Shown one piece after another: positions 36,596 to 48,687 of a stretch of 64,000 nucleotides of DNA (position 1 is the stretch's first letter; each line of letters begins with the position of its first letter). The notes beneath the pieces were generated by a model. That model saw only the letters and a list, made by a program, of their open reading frames with translations, did no database searches and was not told the DNA's origin. Source of the DNA: Neophaeotheca triangularis (lineage: Eukaryota); contig BAAIJX010000071.1 in the NCBI GenBank assembly GCA_054600435.1, positions 1 to 64,000 of the forward strand, given 5' to 3'. The position numbers were made by a program, and so were the translations under genes.

Positions 36596-37001
36596 ATGAG
36601 CGACCAAGTCAAAGACGTCACCAACACGGCCGAAGTCACCGACACCCCCATGGACTCCGGCTCCGAGGACAAGGGCAAGGGCAAAGCCACCGAAGACATG
36701 CCCATGGATGAGGACGACAGCGACGAGACGGGCGACGAGGTGAGGCACACCCCTTCCGCAACAGTGAAGTAGAACCGCGCCACTGACACCACTTCCCGCC
36801 ATCTAGGTCGAAGGCGAGGCCGACCCCGAGGACGCTGACGAGGACAACATGGAGGAGATCGACACGGAGAACATCATGGGCGCACGCACGCGCGGCAAGA
36901 CGATCGACTACGCCGAGGCGGCTAAGAATATGGAAGCTGAGGATGATGACGAGGACGACGATGAGGATTTCAAGGACGAGGATGACGAGATGAAGGATTG
37001 A
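36596..37001 (+). CDS. CHZ1: Acidic histone H2A.Z chaperone, CHZ domain; exons 36596-36739, 36807-37001 (absent from the ORF track)
   Basis: Spliced product contains DKGKGKA and DNMEEIDTENIMGARTRGKTIDY (CHZ motif) with D/E-rich flanks; intron GTGAGG..CTGAC..TAG. Confidence 0.85.
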
Positions 37002-40000
37002 AGGAAGCGAGGCGCTGGGCTTGGAACTCTTGTCTACCGACGTTTTTCTTCTTGCTGCTGAGGATGGGAGTTGGATCGCGTGAGCGAAGTGAGTGCCTGC
37101 TTTATTCCCCCGGGAGTTGTGGATTGCGGTTATGGCGTATGGGTGTGCTGTGCTATGGGAGTGGTGAATACTTACTTACCTACCACTTTTTTTTCCCGTA
37201 GATTTACTGAAGTGAAGGCTGGGCTTTGCGGCGCGGTTTGAGCTGAGGTGTCTAGAGAACGACCACAGCAAGCATTCAAAAGACCTGCGTGGTTGTCTTT
37301 CTTTTATTGTGGTGGCGTTCGAAGCGAGGCGAAAGCGAGAGATATCACGATCTACGAGGCATTGTTGCTGAGGTTGGGTCATTGGGCATAGCTAGCGGAG
37401 ACATTTAAGTATCCGACTGAAAACTTGCGGCCGCTGGGTAGGCGGAAGCCGAATGAAGATTGTTTCAGGTGTTCCTGCCGTGACGCCTTCACCGTCCAGC
37501 ATCGATTTTTTTAGACTTGTAGCAAACGACGCTCTCCCTCAGCGAGAAATGGGTATTCACTCTTCAGTACCCCATCAGCCAGTGCTATTCGCCCAACATC
37601 TCGCCCTAGGCTGTTACCATGCCTCGATTGGTTGTTACACAGTACCTACTCGAAGGCGTTTAAAAGGGGCGGTATGACAAGGATACACGATCCTAACCCG
37701 GAGCTGTTCGCGTGACGGGCGTTGATGTATAGTCGTTGCATCCGGTGTCCAAGGTAAGGAATGAATGCTTCATTAGACGTCGCCTCGCTCAAGTGAGAGC
37801 GCATTTTAGTTCGGCATCAAGACTCCACCCACCGAACGCGAAGAAATATCATGCCTACGCCGCCCTGAAGCACTCGTCTCGCGCATCAGAGAGATGAGCG
37901 GTAGAAGCAAGAGCGATGGAGAAAGGAAGACAAGAGACTGCCCGAGCATCGACAAACCGAACATCAGACCAGTCCAGCACGCGTATTTTTTAGCGAAAAC
38001 TGAGACGCAGCGTAATGGGAAAAATTGTAGTTTCGCCGTCTCCACACGCGCGCCTCAAAAGGCCATGTGGTCGATCGTTCGTTCCAGACTAGATTTGTTT
38101 GTACATTTTTTGCCAATGCCATCGGAAGGGCACGAAAATGTTGCGGGATCTGGGAGAGGAGAGGCGTTGGTTGAACGGTTGGGACGATGTCGGAGCGGTG
38201 AAGTTTGTTGGCGAGTCATGAGCTTGCTGGGCGGTCGTGGCTCGCGGTTGTGGTTGTGGTTGTGGTTGTCTAGCCGTCATCGGTTGCGAAATGCTTCTAC
38301 GCAACTCGAGCAAACCAACAGAAGTTTGAGAGGGAGGATGACATTGCGGCGATGGTGAGAGAAGCCCGAAGTATGGGAAGGAGGGAGGAGTGCTTGGCTT
38401 GGGATTCTTGCTAGATGAGTAGTGTGGTGATGTGCCAGCGAGCTTCGCATGTCGCCAAAGACGATTCCACGAAAAGAGCTCCGGGTGTCGGAGGACGAAG
38501 ACATGTCACGTCGCGAGTTTGATATCTTGAAACAATCACATGTGAGCGATAAGGTCTGGGGAGCTTGTGTGACAAGACCGAATGACTCCATGGAAACTGC
38601 CCTCGTCCCTGAGCTGGAAGATTCGCCGGCCAATGAGATGCGTCACAGTCAGCTTGGCTAGTGTGTCCTGCGATGCCGGAGCGAGAAAAAGCTTTGGCTG
38701 TGGGGTCGGCCGGCAATCTCGCGGTAGAGATGCGGCTTGACGACAAGCGCTGGGACATGCGAGATGGGAAGGGAGCTGACGAATGGGCGGGCGGCGAATG
38801 CGCAGCTTTAATGAAATATACATAACTAGAGCTATGTGCCGTACGTACTGTGAGTTTGGTATTAGGCTCGCAGCAGGTTGCTGGCAGGGAGGGAGGTGTT
38901 TGGTGGAAGGCTATTAGCTAGGGTGCATGTGAGAAATGTTTTGTTGTTATGATTTTGTAGAGCTTCTATCTACCTAGGTACCTAGCATTTCGAGAGATTC
39001 ATTCAGCCATTTTACCCGTCCTCTAAGGCCTGATGATTTTGGCGCTTATTTGCCTCGTATATAAGGTTATGTCTGCCACAAGGAGGTGTCGTCGCGAGGG
39101 GCGAATGGCGAGCCGGAGAATAAGCAGATTGAATGTTTCAGAGCCTTGGCGGGCAATGGCCGTTGTCGGGCGCAAAGCCAAAGCGAGCTGCCTCGGAGAG
39201 GGGGGGGCGCCATAGAAATTCTACAATAGAGGGCCAACCAGAGGGACTGCAATTACCACCACTGCCAAAACGCTCCGAACCTGCTCTCTGCCACGACAAC
39301 TTCCACGACAACTCCCGTCGTACCTAGTTAATTACTGCCGAGTGCCAGTGCATAGGTCAACACCAAGAAGGCTCATCAATTGGCCGGAAACAAGCGAACA
39401 ACAGGACGAGGTGCGCTGGTCGAGCTCACGAGCAGAACAACGCTAGGCTAGAGCATCTCCACACTAAGAAGCACTTTACCCAGCGGCGAAAAGAAAAGGC
39501 CTCCCGCACTTCAACCCATCAACCTTCTCCCTCCTCTCCTCCACCTTCTTCGACCACACCCTCCGCCTGTGACACTGTGACAGCCCTTTACAACGCCACC
39601 TCTCACTCATTGAGGCCTGACGGTAAGCTTTTTCCTTCTTGAATTGCTTTTGTAGCCGAGACACAACCCTATCTTCTGGCCAAATGCGACCCGTCCACAT
39701 ACCTAGGTAGCCTTGCTTGCTCCCATATCACTTGACAGCGAGCGACTGGCTTCCTGTTCCACGTCACGCCAAAGCACGACCTTCGCCTCTGTGATCGCCG
39801 GCCGTCGACATCACTTCACTGTCGATCCCACGGGACATTCCAGCCTTTCATCTCCCAGCTATTCGCTTCACAGTGAAGCCCAGGTCGCCTCTCCCACAGC
39901 TTTCGACTCCTCCACGAGCCAGCCCGGGACCTGCTTTTGCTTTTGCTTTTGACTCTTGACTCTCTTTCAAGAACCTCGCCACTGACAGTCCTCTTTCTTC

Positions 40001-40119
40001 AGCTGTTTGTCACTAATCACTACAAATCCTACCATCAACCCAAGCAACATCCGCCACATTCACTCCTAGTATACTGAGACCCTACTCTCACGCGGATACT
40101 TCGGCTTTTTGCCGATAGG

Positions 40120-43100
40120 ATGGGGCGAGTCTCGTTCGCACCTGAGGTGGAAGAAAAGATCATCGACGAGCCCACTCCGGAGCAAGTCGAAGAAACACAG
40201 AACTTCTTGAAGAGCCAGGCAGGCTCGGACAACAAGTCTTGGGCCGGTGCCCTTCCCAAGAAGCAGGGTCTGTACGATCCTGACCTCGAAAAGGATGCCT
40301 GTGGTGTAGGTTTCGCCGCCCATATCAAGGGCCAGGCGAGCCACAAGATCGTGAGCGATGGTGAGTGAAGCATTCACTCTCAGTCTCAGAAGTGCGCATA
40401 TTAACACGCAGTCAAGCCAAGAACCTACTCTGCAACATGACCCACCGTGGTGCGGTTGGGTCAGACGCACGAGATGGTGATGGCGCAGGCGTCATGACCT
40501 CGATCCCACACAAGTTCTTCCTTAAGAACTTTGAGCGCGAGCAAGGAATCAAGCTTCCTGTGCTCGGCAAGTACGCCTCCGGAAACTTGTTCTTCAGCAA
40601 GGACGAGGGCGTACTCAAGGAGCAGATCGATACATTCGAGAACGTTGCCAACCAACTGGACCTGCGGGTACTCGGATGGCGTGAGGTGCCAAAAGACGGC
40701 TCTCTGCTCGGCCCAGCCGCCAAATTTCGCGAGCCTGTCATTCTTCAGCCGTTCGTCGTGCTCAAGAACGTCTACGGCCCGGGAAACGCGCCCAAGGACA
40801 CTTTTGAACAGGAATACGACGAGGGCTATTTTGAGCGTCAGCTCTACGTCCTCCGTAAGCGCGCGACACACACTATCGGCCTTCACAACTGGTTCTACAT
40901 TTGCTCGCTGAGCAACAAGAACATTGTTTACAAGGGCCAGCTTTCCCCCAGCCAGGTCTACGAATACTACCACGATTTGGTCTCCGTCGACTACGAGGGA
41001 CACTTCGCCCTTGTCCACTCTCGATTCTCTACCAACACCTTTCCCTCGTGGGACCGCGCTCAGCCACTCCGATGGGCAGCACACAACGGAGAAATCAACA
41101 CTCTGCGAGGAAACAAGAACTGGATGCGCGCAAGAGAAGGTGTCATGAAGTCTGGGTTGTTTGGTGACGAGCTGGAAGAATTATACCCCATCATCGAAGA
41201 TGCTGGCTCGGATTCCGCGGCGTTTGACAACGTACTGGAGCTCTTGACCATCAACGGCGTGCTCTCGCTCCCCGAGGCTGTCATGCTGATGGTTCCAGAG
41301 GCATGGCAGGGAAACACAGACATTGACCCGGCGAAGCAGGCATTCTACGAATGGGCTGCTTGCATGATGGAGCCATGGGATGGCCCAGCTCTCTTCACAT
41401 TCTCTGACGGCCGATACTGCGGTGCGAACTTGGACCGTAATGGTCTCAGACCCTGCAGATACTATGTCATGGACGACGACCGCATCATTTGCGCTTCTGA
41501 AGTTGGCACCATCGACATCGAGCCGCACAAGGTCGTTCAGAAGGGCCGTCTGCAGCCTGGTCGTATGCTGCTCGTTGACACTGTCGCCGGGCGCATCGTG
41601 GACGACTCTGAGCTGAAGGCTACAGTCTCAGGAAGGCAAAACTTCAAGGCCTGGATCGACTCTCAGCTCATCACTCTCCCCAACGTGGTCAGCCAGCTTG
41701 GCGAGAAGGGAACCGACCTGAGCTACAGCCTTACAGAGACCACCGTACAGGAGGACCCGAGACTGAAAGCCTTTGGCTACTCGCTCGAGCAAGTCAGCTT
41801 GATCCTGGCGCCTATGGCCTCAGACTCCAAGGAAGCTCTGGGATCCATGGGTAACGATGCTCCTCTTGCCTGCTTAGCGCAGCAACCGCGTCTGCTCTTC
41901 GAGTACTTCCGCCAGCTGTTCGCCCAGGTCACCAACCCGCCTATCGACCCCATCCGTGAGGCGGTTGTTATGTCTCTCGGCACCTACGTTGGTCCCCAAG
42001 GCAATCTGCTCGAAATGAACAAGGAGCAGTGCCACAGACTCTACCTGCCATCTCCCATTCTCACGATCCCCGAGTTCAACGCCTTGAATAACATCAACGA
42101 GCTTCACCGCGACTGGACTGTCTCGACTATTGACATCACGTTCGACAAGTCAGGCGGCATCCCTGGCTACGAGGAGGCGCTCGACCGCATCTGCGAAGCC
42201 GCGAGCCAATCCATCGAGAGGGGCGACAGTGTGATTATTCTCTCGGATAAGGCTACTTCCAGGGAGCGTGTTGCCGTTTCCTCGCTCCTCGCCACTGGTA
42301 TGGTCCACCACCACCTTGTTCGCAACAGGTGGCGATCGCAAGTGGCTCTCCTTGTCGAGACCGCTGAAGCTCGTGAGGTGCACCACATGTGCGTGCTTGT
42401 CGGTTACGGCGCTGACGCCATCTGCCCATACCTCGCCTTGGAGTGCATCATGAAGATGAACCGCGAGGGTCTGATTCGCAAGCAGATAACCGCTGATCAG
42501 CTTGTCGACAACTACAAGCACTCTTGCGACGGTGGTATTCTGAAGGTCATGAGCAAGATGGGTATCTCTACCCTCCAGTCCTACAAGGGTGCTCAGATTT
42601 TTGAGGCTCTCGGTATTGATGACACCGTTGTCGACCGCTGCTTCACTGGTACCGCTACCAGGATTCACGGTATGACTTTCGACCTGATTGCTCAGGATGC
42701 TTTCGCGCTACACGAGAAGGGTTACCCGTCCCGCAACATCCTCGAGATCCCTGGTTTGGCGGAGACTGGCGAATATCACTGGAGAGACGGTGGTGAGCCT
42801 CACGTCAACGACCCGACCTCGATCGCCAACGTCCAAGACGCTGTGAGGACCAAGAACGACAAGTCTTACGAGGCGTACTCAAAGTCTGAGTACGAGCAGA
42901 TCAAGAACTGCACTCTTCGTGGTCTTCTTGACTTTGACTTTGAGGCCACTGGCTCTATTCCTATCGACCAGGTTGAGCCGTGGACCGAGATCGTGCGCCG
43001 TTTCGTCACCGGTGCCATGTCTTACGGTTCCATCTCTATGGAGTCTCACTCCACACTCGCTGTGGCCATGAACAGACTCGGCGGCAAGTCTAACACCGGT

Positions 43101-46100
43101 GAAGGTGGTGAAGACCCAGAGCGTAGTAATCCCATGGAGAACGGAGACACCATGCGCTCGGCCATCAAGCAGATCGCCTCTGGCCGTTTCGGTGTCACCA
43201 GTGCTTACCTGGCCGATGCCGACGAGCTCCAAATTAAGATGGCCCAGGGTGCTAAGCCCGGTGAGGGTGGTGAGCTGCCCGGCCACAAGGTCTCAGGCCC
43301 CATTGCTAGGACCAGACACTCCACGCCCGGTGTCGGTCTTATCTCGCCCCCGCCCCACCACGACATTTACTCCATCGAAGACTTGAAGCAACTCATCTAC
43401 GATCTGAAGTGCTCCAACCCACGCTCCCGTGTCTCCGTCAAGCTCGTCTCCGAGACTGGTGTCGGCATCGTCGCCTCCGGTGTCGCTAAGGCCAAGGCTG
43501 ACCACATCCTCATCTCCGGCCACGACGGTGGTACTGGTGCTTCCAGATGGACCGGTATCAAGTACGCTGGTCTGCCATGGGAGTTGGGTCTTGCCGAGAC
43601 CCATCAGACATTGGTGCTCAACGACCTCCGTGGCCGCACCATTGTGCAAACTGATGGTCAGCTCAGGACCGGAAGGGATGTCGCCATCGCCTGTTTGCTT
43701 GGTGCTGAGGAGTGGGGCTTTGCCACTACGCCTCTTATCGCCATGGGCTGCATCATGATGAGGAAGTGCCACTTGAACACCTGCCCTGTCGGTATTGCCA
43801 CGCAAGACCCAGAGCTCCGTAAGAAGTTCAAGGGTACCCCCGAGCACGTCATCAACTTCTTCTACTACGTCGCCAACGAGCTCCGGGCCATCATGGCCAA
43901 GCTTGGCTTCCGCACCGTAAACGAAATGGTTGGCCACACCGAGTGCCTGAAGGTCCGTGAGGATCTCCGCAACGCAAAGACCGAGAACATTGATCTTTCG
44001 CTCCTCCTCACTCCCGCCCACACGCTCCGTCCCGGTATCAGCACCTACAACGTCCGCAAGCAGGAGCACAACCTGCATACTCGCCTTGACAACAAGCTCA
44101 TTGCCGAGTCTGAATTGGCGCTTGAGAAGGGTCTCCCATGCCGGATCGAGTGCGACGTTGTCAACACCGACCGTGCTCTCGGTGCCAGCTTGTCCTACCA
44201 GATCAGCAAGCGCTACGGCGAGCAGGGTCTGCCTCAAGACACCATCCACGCCAACATTCGTGGATCGGCTGGTCAGTCTTTCGGTGCCTTCCTCGCCCCA
44301 GGCGTCACGCTTGAGCTTGAGGGTGATGCCAACGACTACGTCGGCAAGGGTCTCTCTGGTGGCCGTCTCATCATCTATCCACCGAGGAACGCCGTCTACA
44401 AGTCGGAGGAGAACGTCATCGTCGGCAACGTCTGCTTGTACGGCGCCACCAGCGGTACCGTCTTCTTCCGTGGTCTCGCTGCTGAGCGTTTCGCCGTTCG
44501 TAACTCTGGTGTCACCGCGGTTTGCGAGGGTGTCGGTGACCATGGTTGCGAGTACATGACTGGCGGTCGCGTACTCGTCCTCGGCAGCACTGGTCGCAAC
44601 TTTGCTGCTGGTATGTCTGGTGGTATCGCATACGTTCTCGACATGCACCACGACTTCGAGGGTAAGGTCAACCAGGAAATGGTTGAGCTCTGCCACCTGG
44701 AGGATCCGCAAGAGATTGCTTTCCTGCGTGGCTTGATCGAGGACCACCACCACTACACCGGCTCCGAGCTGGCTGCCAGGATCCTCCTCGATTTCAACCG
44801 TGCCCTGCCTAGGTTCTGGAAGGTCCTTCCCACGGACTACAAGCGCGTCATGGAAGAGGAGGCTGCCAAGAAGGCCGAAGCCAAAAAGGCCGAGTACCCG
44901 CTGCCCATCCTTCCTGGCAACGCCGTGCGCAACCTCCACGAGGACTCCAAGAAGAAGCAGCACGAGCACGAGGCCAAGGATGCCAAAAAGGACGATCTGC
45001 TCGACATCGAGGAGAGCGTTCAGGACGGCAAGGCCGAGAAGAAGCGCTCTGCTTTGGTTCTCGACAAGACCAAGGGTTTCATGAAGTACCAGCGTCGCGC
45101 TGAGAAGTACCGCTCCGCCAAGACCAGGACTCGCGACTGGGCGGAGCTTTCTACTCGCCTTAACGAGGACGAGCTCAAGTACCAGACCGCCCGTTGCATG
45201 GACTGCGGTGTTCCCTTCTGTCAGTCCGACACTGGCTGCCCCATCAGCAACATTATCCCTAAATGGAACGAACTGGTGTTTCAAAATCAATGGAAGGATG
45301 CCCTTAACAGGCTGCTGATGACCAACAACTTCCCCGAGTTCACTGGTCGTGTCTGCCCGGCGCCTTGCGAGGGTGCTTGCGTCCTTGGCATCAACGAGGA
45401 CCCCGTCGGCATTAAGTCGATCGAGTGCGCGATCATCGACCGTGGTTTCGAAATGGGGTGGATGGTGCCTTCGCCTCCTCAGTACCGCAGCGGCAAGACT
45501 GTCGCCATCATCGGTTCTGGTCCTGCCGGTCTCGCTGCCGCCGACCAGCTCAACAAGGCCGGCCACGAGGTCACCGTGTACGAGCGTTCCGACCGTGTTG
45601 GTGGTCTGCTTATGTACGGTATCCCCAACATGAAGCTCGACAAAAACGTTGTACAGCGTCGTGTCGACTTCATGGGCAAGGAGGGTATCAAGTACAAGAC
45701 TGGTGTCTTCGTTGGCGAAGGCGACGTTACTCTCGAGTCTCTTCGCGCAGAGAACGACGCTGTCGTGCTTGCTACTGGCGCTACTGTTCCTCGCGACCTG
45801 CCTATCCCCAACCGCAACCTCGACGGTGTTCACTTTGCTATGCAGTTCCTGCACAAGAACACCAAGTCACTCCTCGACTCTCAGCTTGCTGACGATGCCT
45901 ACATCTCGGCCAAGGACAAGCACGTCGTCGTCATTGGTGGTGGTGACACTGGTAATGACTGCATTGGTACTTCCGTCCGCCACGGTGCCAAGTCCGTCAT
46001 CAACTTCGAGCTCCTTCCGCAACCCCCACCGGAGCGCGCCCGCGACAACCCTTGGCCCCAGTGGCCCCGTATCTACCGTGTCGATTATGGTCACACCGAA

Positions 46101-46613
46101 GTCAAGACCCACATGGGCAAGGACCCTCGCGAGTACTGCATCATGTCCAAGGAGTTCGTCGACGACGGCACGGGCAAGGTCAAGGGCATCAACACCGTCC
46201 GCGTGGAATGGACCAAGTCCGCATCCGGTGGCTGGGACATGAAGCAAGTCGAGGGTAGCGAGGAGTTCTTCCCTGCCGATCTTGTCCTGCTCTCCATGGG
46301 TTTCCTCGGCCCCGAAGACCAAGTCATGAACAACATGATCGAGCGCGACGCCCGCAAGAACGTCCAGACCGCCCCCGGCAAGTACGCCACCAGCCTCGAT
46401 GGGGTCTTCGCGGCCGGTGACTGCCGCCGCGGTCAATCCCTCATCGTCTGGGGCATCAACGAGGGCCGCATGGCCGCTCGCGATGTCGACACCTTCCTTA
46501 CCGGCGTCGGCACCCAGCTGCCCGTCACTGGCGGTATCGTCAAGCGCCCGCCCTACGAGCTTCTGCACAAGACCAACGGCGCGCCTACTGAGCTCATTAC
46601 CGCTGCCGCTTAA
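40120..46613 (+). CDS. GLT1: NADH-dependent glutamate synthase (fused alpha+beta); exons 40120-40360, 40417-46613
   Basis: EKDACGVGF amidotransferase start, [29 protein letters not shown] 3Fe-4S motif, [16 protein letters not shown]; about 2145 aa. Confidence 0.99.
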
Positions 46614-47623
46614 GCGATGCACGAGCCAGCGAGATTCGATGATGACTTGATCCCTTCGTTACTGCAAGAGATACCCCCCTCGTTAGCGAGCACTGCAGCG
46701 TTCACTAGACAAACGTACGCGGGTACGGTTTCACGGGCGGCTACAACACGTACACGATGGGCAAGGGATGGCAGACACGATACAAAGGCGGTGTTGACGA
46801 ATGAGAAAGCGGAACAGGGGTTGTACGAACTGCCGCTTGATTGGCAGCCGGTGGGAAGATGATGACACGAACGACAAGAGGCGTTTTTTGTTTCAACTAT
46901 TGCTGGGGGTCTGCGGATCGGAGTCATGTTTTTCTCTCTTAGCAGCTTCCATGTTTTTGCAGCAAAGGTTACGGGGTTTTTTCGTCTGAAGCGTTGTGCG
47001 TGTTTGCTTTATGCTTTTAGACTTTGCGTGTGCTAGGTTTGCTAGATCGGTCCATCTCTTTATTAGTATTATTATTACACTACACTTTCAATATCTTATT
47101 AAGATGTTGTGTCGAGCATGATCGTGTTTCGGGCTTTGATTTATCAGGTATGATGCTACTACGAATCGGCTGCCGAAATATCCTTCCAACGTTTGGTCCA
47201 CTCGCGGCTATGTAGGTAGTCAACCTTGCGAGTTAAAACGACACCTGGGTAAATACTCGCGCACTCTATTCTCGTACATACAAGGGTATCTATCAATAAT
47301 CTTCCGTCATTTCTCTTGTACAAATGCCGTACCCAGCGCATCAACCCGCACTGCTCTCGGCGATCACCCAGCTTGCCCTGTTCGAAGACCACGACCGGTG
47401 CAGTGCCGGTGACCTGGCTTACGGTGGGTTCTACCGCTACCACTGACGGCGGGCGGCTCTTCTGGCAGCGCACCCTCATGCGAAAGGCGCGGGAGCGGGG
47501 TTTGTCTTGCCGACGCCGTTGCAGGCAGTGTCCCGATGGTATCGCAAAGCACCGGCCCCAACCACACATACACAAGCCCTTCGCAGCCAAACTCCATCCC
47601 GGACGGTAGGGGTAGTAGTTACC

Positions 47624-48373
47624 TCAAACCTCCTCGCCCCTGCCGACAGTCCACTCCCTCTCCCCGCCCTCCTCAACATCGGGATCGCGCCAAAAAGCCC
47701 TCTCCACCATCCTCTCCCTCAACGGCCAAACATCCTCGCTACTGCCCCACTGCTTACGCCTCCTCTCATCCCTGTCGCGGTAGAATTCCACAACCTGCCT
47801 CTCCCGCTCGCCCTTGTCGAGACTTCGCGCCCGCATGCAGAACCAGAAAGCGCTCCAGTGCTCGTTGCAGGCTTGGAGCGTGCCGAAGCGGTAGATGTCG
47901 TTGAATTTGCCGCCCAGCGATTGGCAGTAGAAGGCTTGGTCGAAGAGTTGGCGGCAGCTTAGTTCGCGGGGGTAGAGGGTTTGGGGGTGGATTGAGGGGG
48001 TGCCGTCGGGGTTTGTTGGGGGGATGGAGGTGGAGGGGGTTTGGGGGGTTGGGGTTGTTGTTGTTGTTGTAGAGGGGGTTGTGGTCGTGGTTGATTGGGT
48101 TGTGTTGGCGTTGTTGGGGTTGTCGAGGCTGGCTAGGAAGGCGTTGAGTTCGGCGTCGGCTTGTTCGTCGCGCGTGGTTGCGGGCGGGGTGCTGCTGCTG
48201 CTACTGTTACCACTGTCTGGACCAGGTTTTCCGAAGATTCGTAGGCGTTGCTCTTCGGTTAGGCTGAAGTTTCCTTTTGATGCCTCGGGCATGCGGGGGT
48301 TTGATGAAGCCTCTCGCGCAGAGGCGTCTGTTGTCGTCGTGTCTTCGGACTTGGAACCCCATAGCCATCCCAT
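47624..48373 (-). CDS. EMI1: Emi1/DUF3128 family protein
   Basis: MGWLW start; SCRQLFDQAFYCQSLGGKFNDIYRFG..C..HW..FWFCMR; SSEDVW. Confidence 0.8.
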   Translation of the reverse strand: MGWLWGSKSEDTTTTDASAREASSNPRMPEASKGNFSLTEEQRLRIFGKPGPDSGNSSSSSTPPATTRDEQADAELNAFLASLDNPNNANTTQSTTTTTPSTTTTTTPTPQTPSTSIPPTNPDGTPSIHPQTLYPRELSCRQLFDQAFYCQSLGGKFNDIYRFGTLQACNEHWSAFWFCMRARSLDKGERERQVVEFYRDRDERRRKQWGSSEDVWPLRERMVERAFWRDPDVEEGGEREWTVGRGEEV

Positions 48374-48417
48374 GTTCGCTGCTGTGTCGATTGTGTATGT
48401 GATTGTGTTAGGGAGAA

Positions 48418-48452
48418 GAGGTGAGGTGAGGTGAGGTGAGGTGAGGTGAGGT
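48418..48452. repeat. (GAGGT)7 pentanucleotide repeat upstream of EMI1
   Basis: Read directly from the sequence. Confidence 0.9.
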
Positions 48453-48687
48453 CGGAAGACGGTTTCGGGTTCGGGTTGGAGTTGCGAAGCTGCCCTACGC
48501 TCTCAACCTCAGCTCACATTCACGCTGCATTCGTTGTTGCACAACATCTTCCCGTCACCAGTCTGTACTGTACTTCGTAATACATATTGGCCTAGTATAT
48601 CCATAAGTATATATTCTCCCTGTCATTGGGATCCCTAGCACCTTGATATCGACATCACTATCCCCATCTCTACCCCTACACTACACC

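Noticed and set aside
37800..38830. Cluster of short ORFs upstream of GLT1
   Set aside because: No consistent gene model or homology cue
43293..45854. 853-aa antisense ORF inside GLT1
   Set aside because: Lies antisense in codon register with a strongly C/T-ending biased gene, which avoids antisense stops; no domain recognised
47324..47620. GC-rich stretch with small hairpins, considered as structured ncRNA or ribozyme
   Set aside because: No SRP, RNase P/MRP, snRNA or hammerhead core motifs found; probably EMI1 3' region
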